A stretch of DNA of 64,000 nucleotides. It comes from Treponema sp. (lineage in GTDB: Bacteria > Spirochaetota > Spirochaetia > Treponematales > Breznakiellaceae). A program made the translations under genes and the position numbers. Where the stretch lies: the NCBI GenBank assembly GCA_031257105.1, contig JAIRPG010000048.1, positions 2,684 through 66,683 on the forward strand. Direction: 5' to 3'. Under the pieces are notes generated by a model that was not told the origin of the DNA, did not search any database, and worked only from the letters and a program-made list of their open reading frames with translations. Below, one piece after another: positions 15,901 through 25,199 of this stretch. Each line of letters opens with the position of its first letter. Position 1 is the first letter of the stretch.

Positions 15901-17134
15901 TTTTTCGTCCTTCCGCCGGGGGCTTTTCTTCCTCTGCTGCCTGCTCTGGGAAACCGGTCTGTACGGCGAAGCCCGCTGGTACGCTTCAAACGCCGCCGGT
16001 ATGGCCCTAGAACCGGCTTTTTCCCACGCCGCCCTGCGGGGAAAATACGCCCTCTCTATCGAAATCCTGCCCTTTGGGGAACTATCGGAACTCCTCAAGC
16101 CGTATTATGTACGCGGTTACCAGATAGAGCTGCGAACCCTCTATGAGAACAAGAGCCCCTCTCGGCGGCAATGGATCTTCAGAGACGAAAAGGGCCGCGC
16201 CCGGGTTGTTTCGGCCTTTGAGGTAGAAAAACCACCGTCTCCTGTGGAGACGCCGGCTCCAGAGGAGACGCCGGCTCCTGTGGAGACGCCGGCTCCTCTG
16301 GAGGAAGAAGAGAACCGGCCAAAAGCGCCGGCGGGATTTATCGAGCTTTACGGAGAAACGGGCCTTATCACCGGGGAACACCGCCTCTACGCCGATGGAA
16401 CCGAGCAAATCGTTGCGTTTATGTACAGCGGTTCCCTGCTTCTCAGGGCAGAAACCCGGGAAAATGAGGAACTCCTCTACACCGATTCCTACCATTACAG
16501 CCGGTCTTCTTCGCTTCGAGCGGTGGAGCGGGTGTTTCACCGGAGCCAAGAATCAGCGTCTCCTTCGGAGCCGGCGTCTCCTTCGGAGTCAGTATCTCCG
16601 CAGGAGCCGGCGCGGGTCTCTTTTCCCCACCTGGTCTTGGGGGCCGCCAAGAACTTGGACTTTGTCAGCCCCGGTTCCGCGTATTCGTCGGAGTTTTTGG
16701 AGGATATTCTTATCATCGCCGGTTCCAGCGGAAACGCCGGTTCCAGCGGAAACGCCGGTTCCGTTGGAAACGCCGGTTCCAGCGTACGGTATGAAACCGA
16801 TAACCGGGGGCGGGTTCTTACGGAGACCCGGCGGGACGAGGATGGGACGGTTTTGGGGGAGTTGCGGAACACCTGGTCTGGAGATAGACTGGCCTCTGTC
16901 TACTGGAAATCCGGGGACGATGAGCGGCTCACCGAGTACGAGTACGATAGTTCGGGAGATCGTATCCTGGAACGGAATTACCTGAAAGGGGTATTGGAAC
17001 GGACCGTCCGCAAAGACGGGGAACAGGAAGTGGAGGAGCTTTACATGAATGGGCAGGTAATACTCCGGGCGTTTTGGGAGAAGGGCCGCAAGATACGGGA
17101 AGAACGGGTGCGTCCGTCCGGGAGTGGGCGGTGA
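15827..17134 (+). CDS. secreted repeat-rich protein with three different in-frame tandem repeats and C-terminal YD/MORN-like repeats (hypothetical)
   Basis: Signal-like FRRGLFFLCCLLWETGLYGEA. The start is uncertain (ATG 15827/15839, or TTG 15893 overlapping the ftsY stop). The stop overlaps the GTG of the next gene (GTGA). Confidence 0.6.
   Translation: MVKDMNTSNPLIPIGTRWTLPALTNFSSFRRGLFFLCCLLWETGLYGEARWYASNAAGMALEPAFSHAALRGKYALSIEILPFGELSELLKPYYVRGYQIELRTLYENKSPSRRQWIFRDEKGRARVVSAFEVEKPPSPVETPAPEETPAPVETPAPLEEEENRPKAPAGFIELYGETGLITGEHRLYADGTEQIVAFMYSGSLLLRAETRENEELLYTDSYHYSRSSSLRAVERVFHRSQESASPSEPASPSESVSPQEPARVSFPHLVLGAAKNLDFVSPGSAYSSEFLEDILIIAGSSGNAGSSGNAGSVGNAGSSVRYETDNRGRVLTETRRDEDGTVLGELRNTWSGDRLASVYWKSGDDERLTEYEYDSSGDRILERNYLKGVLERTVRKDGEQEVEELYMNGQVILRAFWEKGRKIREERVRPSGSGR
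16241..16303 (+). repeat. 18-nt in-frame tandem repeat x3.5 (P-x-E-T-P-A)
   Basis: cct gtg gag acg ccg gct / cca gag gag acg ccg gct / cct gtg gag acg ccg gct / cct ctg gag. Confidence 0.9.
16556..16609 (+). repeat. 18-nt in-frame tandem repeat x3 (A-S-P-S-E-P)
   Basis: gcg tct cct tcg gag ccg / gcg tct cct tcg gag tca / gta tct ccg cag gag ccg. Confidence 0.85.
16718..16783 (+). repeat. 18-nt in-frame tandem repeat x3.7 (A-G-S-S-G-N)
   Basis: gcc ggt tcc agc gga aac repeated twice exactly, then once with gtt, then a 12-nt partial unit. Confidence 0.9.
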
Positions 17135-18456
17135 AGAGATCTTTCCGTTGGATTGGGTTTATCGCGGCGCGATATGTTTCCCGCCGGGGCAGGGGCCCTT
17201 CGCCTTTTTTAGCCGTGCTGGGGATCTTCACCGGCGTCCTGGCGCTAACGGTGATTTTGGCGGTAATGAACGGCTTTCAACTGGGATTTATCGAAAGCAT
17301 TGTGGAAATTTCTTCGTATCATATCCGTCTGGAGCCCTTGCCCGGAGGAGCGGAAGGAGACGCCGCGGTTCAAAAAATTAGGGACTTGGCTTTAGTACGT
17401 TCAGCCCTGCCTTTTCGGGAGCTTCAGGGGATACTCCAGGGAGGGCGGGAAGGTCAGCAGGCGGCGGTGTTACGGGGCCTCCCCCCGGACGCGCTGGAAA
17501 CCGACCGGGGCATGGCGGGGCGCCTTACCTTTGAGGCAGGCTCCTTCAACCTTGAAACGCCCAATTCCATCATTATCGGAGTGGAACTGGCCCGCCGGCT
17601 TTCCCTCCGGCTGAACGATAAAGTTTCGCTCGCCTCTCTGGCGGGCCTTCTGGCGGAAGAGGGGCTGGAGGTTCTTCCGCCGGTCAATTCCCGTTTTGTC
17701 ATTACCGGGATCTTCCGTTCCGGTTTTTATGAATACGATCTCGGCTGGGCTTTTATCAGGCTCGACGACGCGGAGGTATTGAGCGGCCCTGGGGACAAGA
17801 TTTTTCTGGGGATAAAACTCCAAAACCGCTGGCAGGATACCCTTGGAATGGAACGGATCCGCAACGTCCTGGATCCCTCCGGGGGGCCCGGAGGGTGGAA
17901 TCTCCATTCCTGGCGGGACTATAACCGCGCGTTTTTCGGCGCCTTGCGAACGGAGAAACTCCTTATGTTCATCCTGGTGGGGCTTATCTTTATCGTGGTA
18001 GGGCTCAATATCTTCCAAGCCCAGCGCCGGACGGTTCTAGAACGCCGGGAAGAAATCGGTCTTCTCCGGGCTCTGGGGGCCAGCGATAAGGCGGTACGGC
18101 TGATCTTTGTATGGGACGGGTTCATCATCGGTTTTGCCGGGGCAAGCTTGGGCATGGCCTTGGGACTCATTGTCGCCTTTAACATCGGGCCGTTCTTTGT
18201 CATGCTGGAGGCGGCGGTAAACCTCTGTATCGGCCTTATTAATGTTCTGGCGGGGCTATTCGGAGCGTCGGGCGGCGAAGAATTCGCCGTTTTCTCCCCC
18301 GCTATCTTCTATATAAAAGAGATCCCTTCCCGGATTATTCCCCATGAGGCGATCCTTATCTTTCTATTCGGTTTCTTGTCGGCGCTGGCGGCGGCGTGGT
18401 TTGCCTCGGGCAGGGTGTCCCGAATGAGGCCGGCGGAGGTACTGCGTTATGAGTGA
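17131..18456 (+). CDS. LolC/LolE-family lipoprotein-releasing ABC transporter permease (MacB/FtsX fold)
   Basis: N-terminal RSFRWIGFIAARYV, a large periplasmic loop, and a C-terminal FtsX-type 3-TM bundle ending [12 protein letters not shown] 17131 was chosen because it overlaps the upstream stop. Confidence 0.8.
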   Translation: MKRSFRWIGFIAARYVSRRGRGPSPFLAVLGIFTGVLALTVILAVMNGFQLGFIESIVEISSYHIRLEPLPGGAEGDAAVQKIRDLALVRSALPFRELQGILQGGREGQQAAVLRGLPPDALETDRGMAGRLTFEAGSFNLETPNSIIIGVELARRLSLRLNDKVSLASLAGLLAEEGLEVLPPVNSRFVITGIFRSGFYEYDLGWAFIRLDDAEVLSGPGDKIFLGIKLQNRWQDTLGMERIRNVLDPSGGPGGWNLHSWRDYNRAFFGALRTEKLLMFILVGLIFIVVGLNIFQAQRRTVLERREEIGLLRALGASDKAVRLIFVWDGFIIGFAGASLGMALGLIVAFNIGPFFVMLEAAVNLCIGLINVLAGLFGASGGEEFAVFSPAIFYIKEIPSRIIPHEAILIFLFGFLSALAAAWFASGRVSRMRPAEVLRYE

Positions 18457-19159
18457 AGAGCCGTATACTGAAATTCTTGCATCGGTACAGAATATCGTCA
18501 AAACCTATCGTTCCGGAACAGAGACGCTCTACGTGCTCCGGGGAGTTGGCTTTGACGTAGAACGGGGAACGACTATCGCGGTTTCCGGTCAGAGCGGCAG
18601 CGGGAAGAGTACGCTCCTTAACATACTGGGCGGTCTGGATCATTGCGATTCCGGGTCGGTACGGGTCGCGGGGACGGAGATTACAGGTCTTTCCGAAAGC
18701 GCTTTGACCGCCTACCGGAGCCGCCGGGTGGGGTTTATTTTCCAGTTTCACTATTTGCTCAAGGATTTTACCGCCCTGGAAAATGTGATGATCCCCGCCT
18801 ATATGGGAGGGATGAAGAAACGCGACGCCCTGGAAAAGGCCCGCTCGCTCCTCGCGGATGTGAAGATGGATAACCGCGTCCACCATTACCCTTCCCAGCT
18901 TTCCGGCGGGGAACGGCAGCGGGTTGCCGTGGCCCGTTCCATAGTGAATGATCCGGATTTGATCCTGGCGGATGAACCGACGGGAAACCTCGATCCGGGC
19001 AACAGCGCCGTAGTGGCGGAACTGCTCTACGCCGGCGCGGAGAAGTGGGGGAAGACCCTCATCGTGGTTACCCATGACGAACAAGTGGCGGAACGGGCCG
19101 GTATCCGTTATACCCTGGAAGGCGGCGTCCTCCTCAAAGCCGGGGAGAGCGCCCGGTGA
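18449..19159 (+). CDS. lolD: lipoprotein-releasing system ATP-binding protein LolD-like (ABC ATPase)
   Basis: Walker [10 protein letters not shown], signature [13 protein letters not shown], Walker [13 protein letters not shown], and the MacB/LolD-type N-terminus. Confidence 0.8.
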   Translation: MSEEPYTEILASVQNIVKTYRSGTETLYVLRGVGFDVERGTTIAVSGQSGSGKSTLLNILGGLDHCDSGSVRVAGTEITGLSESALTAYRSRRVGFIFQFHYLLKDFTALENVMIPAYMGGMKKRDALEKARSLLADVKMDNRVHHYPSQLSGGERQRVAVARSIVNDPDLILADEPTGNLDPGNSAVVAELLYAGAEKWGKTLIVVTHDEQVAERAGIRYTLEGGVLLKAGESAR

Positions 19160-20421
19160 AACTTGGCGGCGAATTCTTTGTAGCGCTTCGCTACCTTCTG
19201 GGCCGGGCCCGTGAGGGGGGGCGTTACCTCCAGGGCGCGGCGGCGGGCATCGCCGTAAGCCTTATCCCCATCATCGTAACCCTTATCGTGGCGGACGGCA
19301 TGATCCGGGGTATTACCGACCGGTACCTGGAACTGGGAACCGGCCACCTTCAGATCTACAGCGCTCCGAAAGGCCGGGAACCCCACGAACTCGCGGAAGA
19401 TATAGAAGGCATCCCCGGCGTCCGGGGGGTCTGGGCTGAACGGCATGGCATGGGGGTGATTATGGGAACCGGCGGCAAAGCCGGCGCCGACATCAGGGCC
19501 ACGGATCCCTCGTTCTGGGAAGACCCCGGAAGCGCCCGGTTTCTTACCACCATTGAAGGCAGCGCCGTCCTGGAATCTAACCAGGAAGCGCTGCTGGGAG
19601 AAGCTCTCGCCCTTTCCATTGGAGCCGAAGTGGGAAAACCGATTTACATTATGAGCATCCATCCTCAAGCCGACGGTAGAACGATTCCCCTTACGCTGCC
19701 CTTCACCGTGCGGGGGATCGTGTCTTCCGGTTACCGGGAACTGGATTCCCTCTGGTGCATCGTGAGCTACGAAGGGGGCGAAAGACTCCTCTCGCCGGAA
19801 TTCTCCTCGACATACCTGATAGTGAAGGTAGACGATCCGTACGCCGGCGCGGAGCGCTTCTCCCCGCTTTTAAGGCGCGCTCTGGGCTATGGCTATAGCG
19901 TCTACACCTGGAAAGAACTTCAATATTCTCAGTACAGCTCCTACGAATCCACCAGGCAGCTTCTGCTCTTTATTATGGCCTTAATCGTTATCGTGGCGGC
20001 GGTGAATGTATCCTCCGCCACCTCTATGCTCGTCATGGAGCGTCAGCGGGACATCGCGGTTCTTAAAGCGGCGGGAACAAGCCCCGGAAGTATGGGGCGG
20101 ATCTTTCTCTTTTCGTCTTTTCTCACCGGTCTTACCGGCGCCGTCATCGGGATAGCCTTGGGACTCCTCATTGGAAATTCTATCAATTTCCTGATCCATG
20201 GCCTTGAAGAATTCTTGGGGATTTTCTCCGCTCTCTTCCATGGGGAAAAGCTCCGTATCCTGGATCCCGGTTACTATTTGGAAGAGATACCTATCATCAT
20301 AAACTGGAAGACCGTCGGGCTTATCGGCTTGCTGACCGTCCTCTGTTCGGTACTGGCTTCCTGGCTCCCCGCCCGCCGGGCGGGCGGGCTTAAACCCTTG
20401 GAACTTCTCAGAAAAGTATAA
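19156..20421 (+). CDS. second LolC/LolE-family ABC permease
   Basis: FFVALRYLLGR N-terminus, periplasmic loop, and an FtsX-type C-terminal bundle ending LKPLELLRKV. It overlaps the lolD stop. Confidence 0.8.
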   Translation: MKLGGEFFVALRYLLGRAREGGRYLQGAAAGIAVSLIPIIVTLIVADGMIRGITDRYLELGTGHLQIYSAPKGREPHELAEDIEGIPGVRGVWAERHGMGVIMGTGGKAGADIRATDPSFWEDPGSARFLTTIEGSAVLESNQEALLGEALALSIGAEVGKPIYIMSIHPQADGRTIPLTLPFTVRGIVSSGYRELDSLWCIVSYEGGERLLSPEFSSTYLIVKVDDPYAGAERFSPLLRRALGYGYSVYTWKELQYSQYSSYESTRQLLLFIMALIVIVAAVNVSSATSMLVMERQRDIAVLKAAGTSPGSMGRIFLFSSFLTGLTGAVIGIALGLLIGNSINFLIHGLEEFLGIFSALFHGEKLRILDPGYYLEEIPIIINWKTVGLIGLLTVLCSVLASWLPARRAGGLKPLELLRKV

Positions 20422-20449
20422 CAAAGGATCGCGCTCTTAACACCCGTGT

Positions 20450-20478
20450 TTGACAGTTTTAAGCGCTTAGAGTATGCT
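20450..20478 (+). promoter_or_regulatory. candidate sigma-70 promoter of ptsI, near-leaderless geometry
   Basis: TTGACA (20450-20455), 17-nt spacer, TATGCT (20473-20478). The ATG at 20487 lies 8 nt after the hexamer. Confidence 0.35.
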
Positions 20479-20486
20479 AGGGTAGC

Positions 20487-22223
20487 ATGAAAAAACTGAG
20501 CGGTATTTCAGCATCCGCCGGTCTTGTTATCGGCAGGGCTTTGCTTTATGTTGAGGACGAATTCCCCGAAATTCCCCGCTATACCCTCGAAAAAGGACAG
20601 GTTGAGGGCGAGTGGAAACGGTTGCTTAAAGCGCTTCCTGAAGCGTCCGAGGAAATCAAGAATTTGCGGGATCAGGCTCGGGTGGAAATAAGCAAAGAGC
20701 AGGTGGATATTTTCGAAGCCCACCTGTTGATGCTGGAGGATCCTATTTTTCTGGATCAGATTAAGGCGAGCCTGGAGTCGCGGCTTGAAAATGTGGAATG
20801 GGTGGTGTGGGACATCGCCTCCGGAATGTCCCGGAAACTGGCCGCTTCTCCCGATCTCTATCTGCGGGAACGGGCGAATGATATTACCGATGTGTCCCGC
20901 CGCCTGATTAGCAGGCTTTTAGCGGTAACTAAATTTTCCCTGGCGGATTTGGAAGAAGATGTAATCCTGGTGGCCCGGGACCTCATGCCTTCAGATGTAC
21001 TCACTATGAACCGGGAGCGAGTCAAGGCTATCGTGATGGATCAGGGAAGCAGAACCTCCCACACGGCGATCCTCGCCAGAGCTTTCGGGATCCCCGCGGT
21101 GCTGGGGCTTTCTTCCGCCACCAAAGAGATTTGCAACGGCGACAGTCTGGCGGTAGACGGCGGTCTTGGGGAAGTAATGGTCAACCCCAGCGGTAAGACT
21201 CTCACCAAGTACCGGCGGTATATCGAGCGGTACCAGAAAGAGGAAGACGACCTCACGGCGCTTCAATCCCTGCCGGCGGAAACCACCGACGGCCATCGGG
21301 TAAGCCTGAAGGCCAACATCGAGATCCCAGAAGAAGCGAAACGGGCGCTCCGTTACGGCGCCGAAGGTATCGGCCTGTACCGGTCGGAATTCCTCTTTCT
21401 CGCCCCTGGTAAAGCCGCCTGTGAGGAGGAGCAATATCTGGCCTACCGGAAGGTACTCCGGGCCATGGGAAAACGCCCGGTTACCATCAGGACGCTGGAT
21501 CTGGGAGGGGACAAGATCATCCCCGGATTTCAGACGGGGAATGAGAAAAACCCGCTCTTGGGCTGGCGGGCCATACGGTTCTGCCTGGCCTTGCCGGAGA
21601 TGTTCAAGATCCAACTCAGGGCGATACTCCGCGCCAGCGTGGAGGGCAACGTGCGGATCATGTTCCCCATGATCTCCGGCCTGGAAGAGTTGGAGCAGGC
21701 TCTTGCCTTATGGGAAGACGCCAAGGACGAATGCCGCCGGCTTAAGCAGCCCTTTGCCGAGCGTATCGAGGCGGGTTGCATGATCGAGATCCCTTCCGCC
21801 GTTATGACCGCAGACATCCTGGCGAGGCGGTCGGATTTCTTTTCCATCGGCACCAACGACCTCGTGCAGTATACCTTGGCGGTAGACCGGGGCAATGAAC
21901 GGGTCAATTACCTGGCCCAGCCTACCCATCCGGCGGTACTCCGTTTCCTCAAGCAGGTGATCGACGCCGCTCACGCCGGGGGAATCAAGGCGGCTATGTG
22001 CGGAGAACTGGCGGGAGACCCTTCGTATACCCCCTTGCTCCTGGGACTGGGGCTTGACGAATTCAGCATGACCGCCTCGTCCATACCGCAGGTAAAACGG
22101 ATCATCCGAGGCGCCGCCCTGCGGGACTGCTGCTGTCTGGTGGATAAAGCGCTGAACTGTAGTTCTTATCACCAGGCGGCGGCGCTCGCCACAGAATGGC
22201 TGGCTGAACGATTCCCCACATAA
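20487..22223 (+). CDS. ptsI: phosphoenolpyruvate-protein phosphotransferase (PTS Enzyme I)
   Basis: Active-site GSRTSHTAILAR, PEP-utilising C-terminal barrel motifs (IRTLDLGGDK, GIGLYRSEFLF, FFSIGTNDLVQY, CGELAGDP). Confidence 0.9.
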   Translation: MKKLSGISASAGLVIGRALLYVEDEFPEIPRYTLEKGQVEGEWKRLLKALPEASEEIKNLRDQARVEISKEQVDIFEAHLLMLEDPIFLDQIKASLESRLENVEWVVWDIASGMSRKLAASPDLYLRERANDITDVSRRLISRLLAVTKFSLADLEEDVILVARDLMPSDVLTMNRERVKAIVMDQGSRTSHTAILARAFGIPAVLGLSSATKEICNGDSLAVDGGLGEVMVNPSGKTLTKYRRYIERYQKEEDDLTALQSLPAETTDGHRVSLKANIEIPEEAKRALRYGAEGIGLYRSEFLFLAPGKAACEEEQYLAYRKVLRAMGKRPVTIRTLDLGGDKIIPGFQTGNEKNPLLGWRAIRFCLALPEMFKIQLRAILRASVEGNVRIMFPMISGLEELEQALALWEDAKDECRRLKQPFAERIEAGCMIEIPSAVMTADILARRSDFFSIGTNDLVQYTLAVDRGNERVNYLAQPTHPAVLRFLKQVIDAAHAGGIKAAMCGELAGDPSYTPLLLGLGLDEFSMTASSIPQVKRIIRGAALRDCCCLVDKALNCSSYHQAAALATEWLAERFPT

Positions 22224-22233
22224 GGACCTCTTT

Positions 22234-23637
22234 ATGGAATTCAATCCTTCTCTCGCGTACCGGAATACGCCGGTGGTGGTTCTCGCCGGACGTCCCAATG
22301 TGGGAAAGTCCACCTTATTTAACCGCCTGCTGCGCCACCGGCGGACTATCACCGATCCAACTCCCGGCGTAACACGGGATCCGGTGGAAGTCCGCGCCTT
22401 TATCGCGGGACATCCGGTGCGGCTCATCGATACCGGGGGCTTCAAGCTCGACCGGGAGAGCGGCGCTTCGAGCGGCGCTTCGAGCGGCGCTTCCGATGGC
22501 GCGGCTTTGGACGACCTCGTGGTAGAACGCGCCCTGGCGACCCTCAAGCGCGCGGATCTTATTGTCCTGCTCCTGGAAGCGGGGGAGTTGACGCCGGAAG
22601 ATGAGGAATTTATCGAACTGCTGCGGCCCTGGGGAAACCGGATCCTCGTCGCGGTGAACAAAACCGAAGGGGGCAGAAGGGCGGACGAGTCCTGGAACCT
22701 CCTCTCCTATGGGTTTGAGAAGGTATTTATGATCTCCGCCGAGCATGGCGACCATGTGGGAGACTTGGAAGCGGCCATCGTGAGCGCCCTGGACTTCTCT
22801 CGCGTGGAGTTCGATGAAGCGGAGACCCGGCCCATCCGTATTGCCCTGCTGGGGAAGCCCAATACGGGAAAGTCCACCCTGTCTAACCGGCTTACCGCTT
22901 CGGAAGCTTCTATTGTGAGCGAGACGCCGGGCACTACCAGGGACGTGGTGGAGGGGGCTTTCTCCTACAAGGGCCGCCTCTTCCAGGTGCTGGACACGGC
23001 GGGAATCCGCCGCAAGACGAAAGTTACGGAGAACATCGAATACTACTCGGTCAACCGGGCCATCAGATCCATCGAGGACGCGGACATTGTCTTCCTTATG
23101 ATCGACGCCCAAGAGGGACTTACCGAGCAGGACAAGAAAATCGCCGCGCTGGCCCACGAGAAGGGCCGGGGAATCATCCTTACCCTCAACAAGTGGGATA
23201 TGGCGCCCCCGGTAAAGAACGGTTTTGCAGCCGTCTGCGACAGGATTCGCTTTCTTTTCGGCAAGATGGAATACGCCCCTATCGTGGCGGTGAGCGCCCT
23301 GGACGGCACGGGGGTGGAAGAATTGCTACGCACCGCCCTGCGAATGTACGCCCAGCTTAACCGGCGCACCGATACCGCCGCGCTGAACCAGGCCCTGGAA
23401 CGGTGGCTCGCTGAGTACCCTCCCCCATCGGGCCCCCAGACGCGGTTCAAGGTGAAGTACGCCGTCCAAATTCAGGAGAATCCGGCGCGTTTCGTTTTTT
23501 TTGTATCCCGCCCGGCGGCGGTGAGCGAGGCGTACATTGCCTACCTGCGTAACAAGATCAGGAAGGATCTGGGCTATTCCATGATCCCCGTGGGGGTCGA
23601 GATACGTCCATCCCGAAAAGAGAAGCCCGCCCGCTGA
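22234..23637 (+). CDS. der: ribosome-associated GTPase Der (EngA), two GTPase domains plus KH-like domain
   Basis: GRPNVGKSTLFNRL / DTGG / NKTE, then GKPNTGKSTLSNRL / DTAGIRR / NKWD. It carries a low-complexity insert after the first DTGG. Confidence 0.9.
   Translation: MEFNPSLAYRNTPVVVLAGRPNVGKSTLFNRLLRHRRTITDPTPGVTRDPVEVRAFIAGHPVRLIDTGGFKLDRESGASSGASSGASDGAALDDLVVERALATLKRADLIVLLLEAGELTPEDEEFIELLRPWGNRILVAVNKTEGGRRADESWNLLSYGFEKVFMISAEHGDHVGDLEAAIVSALDFSRVEFDEAETRPIRIALLGKPNTGKSTLSNRLTASEASIVSETPGTTRDVVEGAFSYKGRLFQVLDTAGIRRKTKVTENIEYYSVNRAIRSIEDADIVFLMIDAQEGLTEQDKKIAALAHEKGRGIILTLNKWDMAPPVKNGFAAVCDRIRFLFGKMEYAPIVAVSALDGTGVEELLRTALRMYAQLNRRTDTAALNQALERWLAEYPPPSGPQTRFKVKYAVQIQENPARFVFFVSRPAAVSEAYIAYLRNKIRKDLGYSMIPVGVEIRPSRKEKPAR
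22459..22494 (+). repeat. 12-nt in-frame tandem repeat x3 (S-G-A-S) inside der GTPase domain 1
   Basis: agcggcgcttcg agcggcgcttcg agcggcgcttcc. Confidence 0.9.
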
Positions 23638-23689
23638 ACCCCTCGGCAGAGAATAGACCTATCCGGAAACCCGGTTGGTTCCCGAAGTA

Positions 23690-24538
23690 TTATCCGTCGA
23701 GGTTCAGAAAGACGCGCCGCCAGTTCTCGTCAATACGTCTTTCTAAATCTTCCACCGCTTTTAGCGGCGCTTCCAGCGGTGCCGGGCGTAGTTTCATTAT
23801 GGCTTTGAGGGTGAGGGGAAGGTCCGCCCAACGGGAATACGCCGCGCCGCGGGGGGGCTGATACGGGGCGTCGGTTTCCGTAAGGAGCCGTTCCAGAGGG
23901 AGCCGGGCGCAGGCTTCCATAGCGAGCTTGTGATTCAGCGTGACGGCGGCGCCAAAGGAAAAATATGCGTTAATCCCCCGACGGAGCAACGCCTCACCGT
24001 CTCCTAACGCGCCGGAATATGCGTGAAACACCACCGCCGGGAGCCGTTTGAGGGCTTTGGTATGGGCAAAGACCTTATGCAGAGCCCGGCGGACATGCAA
24101 TACGAGGGGAAGGCCCTTTTCCAAGGCTGTTTCCAGATGAACGGCGAACAGTTCGTCCTGAATCTTCTCGGTTTCCCGGAAAGTTCCGCCATAAAGGTCA
24201 AAGCCCGTTTCCCCTATGGCGTGAAGCCGGCCCTCTCCGGCGAGGATGGCCAGCGTCTCCAACGAACGGCCCACCGAATCGCCTGACGCCGCGCCGTCGG
24301 CAACGCCGTTGCCGTCCCCAGCGAGGTATGCGGGGAGTTGGGGATGGACGGCAAAACAGAGGGCGAGGGGAGCCGCCCCGTCTTCCCCGGCTTTGCGGGC
24401 AAGCGCTTCGTGGCGTTCAAAATCCTCCCGGTTCCAGGCGCAGGCGGCGCAGGATACGGTAAAACGCCGGCGTTCCTCCTCCGCGAGAGGAAAAATCGAA
24501 GCAAGATCCGCCGGGTGAGCGTGGGCGTCGCTGGCCAC
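23690..24538 (-). CDS. TatD-family metal-dependent hydrolase
   Basis: N-terminal DAHAHP (HxH), AIGETGFD, LVLHVRRA, VFHAYSG and ETDAPYQ are TatD motifs. Confidence 0.8.
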   Translation of the reverse strand: MASDAHAHPADLASIFPLAEEERRRFTVSCAACAWNREDFERHEALARKAGEDGAAPLALCFAVHPQLPAYLAGDGNGVADGAASGDSVGRSLETLAILAGEGRLHAIGETGFDLYGGTFRETEKIQDELFAVHLETALEKGLPLVLHVRRALHKVFAHTKALKRLPAVVFHAYSGALGDGEALLRRGINAYFSFGAAVTLNHKLAMEACARLPLERLLTETDAPYQPPRGAAYSRWADLPLTLKAIMKLRPAPLEAPLKAVEDLERRIDENWRRVFLNLDG

Positions 24539-24543
24539 AGCGT

Positions 24544-25074
24544 TTAAGGCAGCAGCGCGATATCGATCCCTGAATAATCGTTGTCTATCTTGAGTTCATC
24601 CAGTATTTGGGAGATCTGGCCCCGGTGGTGCGTATTGTGCGAGTGCAATTGTTCAAGCATAAAATACAGGGGCGTTGAAGCCGGATTACCTCCGTACCAC
24701 TCTACCTTCACCGGCGCTTGAAAGTCCTCGTCCTTCAAAGCGGAAACGAAGTCTACCAAAGCGGTGTCCGCGCGATCCCCCTGTCCCTCCAGAGCTTTCC
24801 ATTGGGCGGCGCTCAGCGGGCCTTCAGGGATCGCCTGCCCTAACGCCGGGGCAACGGCTTTCTGGACGCCGGCGTTATTGGGCAGCGCATCCTTAAACAG
24901 GCTCAGAAAATAGGAAGTTCCTCCCAAGATATGACGGTACAACCCCGAAAGGCTGCTGTAGTAACTGCCCCGTTCCTTCTCTCGCTCCTCATTGGGTAAG
25001 GCGTCAAGGATCGTGTAGATGGTTTTATTATTTTGCCGGTTATAGCGCGCGTGAATATGATACGGTTCCTTCAT
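24544..25074 (-). CDS. DinB-family (four-helix-bundle, metal-binding) protein
   Basis: ARYNRQNNKTIYTILDALP...YRHILGGTSYFL...HNTHHRGQISQILDE is the DinB/YfiT-like pattern. This is not the polymerase. Confidence 0.7.
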   Translation of the reverse strand: MKEPYHIHARYNRQNNKTIYTILDALPNEEREKERGSYYSSLSGLYRHILGGTSYFLSLFKDALPNNAGVQKAVAPALGQAIPEGPLSAAQWKALEGQGDRADTALVDFVSALKDEDFQAPVKVEWYGGNPASTPLYFMLEQLHSHNTHHRGQISQILDELKIDNDYSGIDIALLP

Positions 25075-25199
25075 AAAGTTCTCCTTGTGAGACCGCCGGG
25101 GTGGATTCGGCCTCGTAGCCTCCCCTCCCCCGACGCTCGGTTATTCCTATTTTAACAGAACCGTGCTTACCCTGCAATACAAAGCTAACCGAGGAACCT

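Noticed and set aside
16241-16783. Possible CRISPR-like arrays, and likewise the repeats at 22459-22494, 27554-27613 and 10642-10791.
   Set aside because: The units are 12-18 nt, directly abutting with no spacers, in frame inside ORFs, and encode low-complexity peptide linkers. No cas genes are present.
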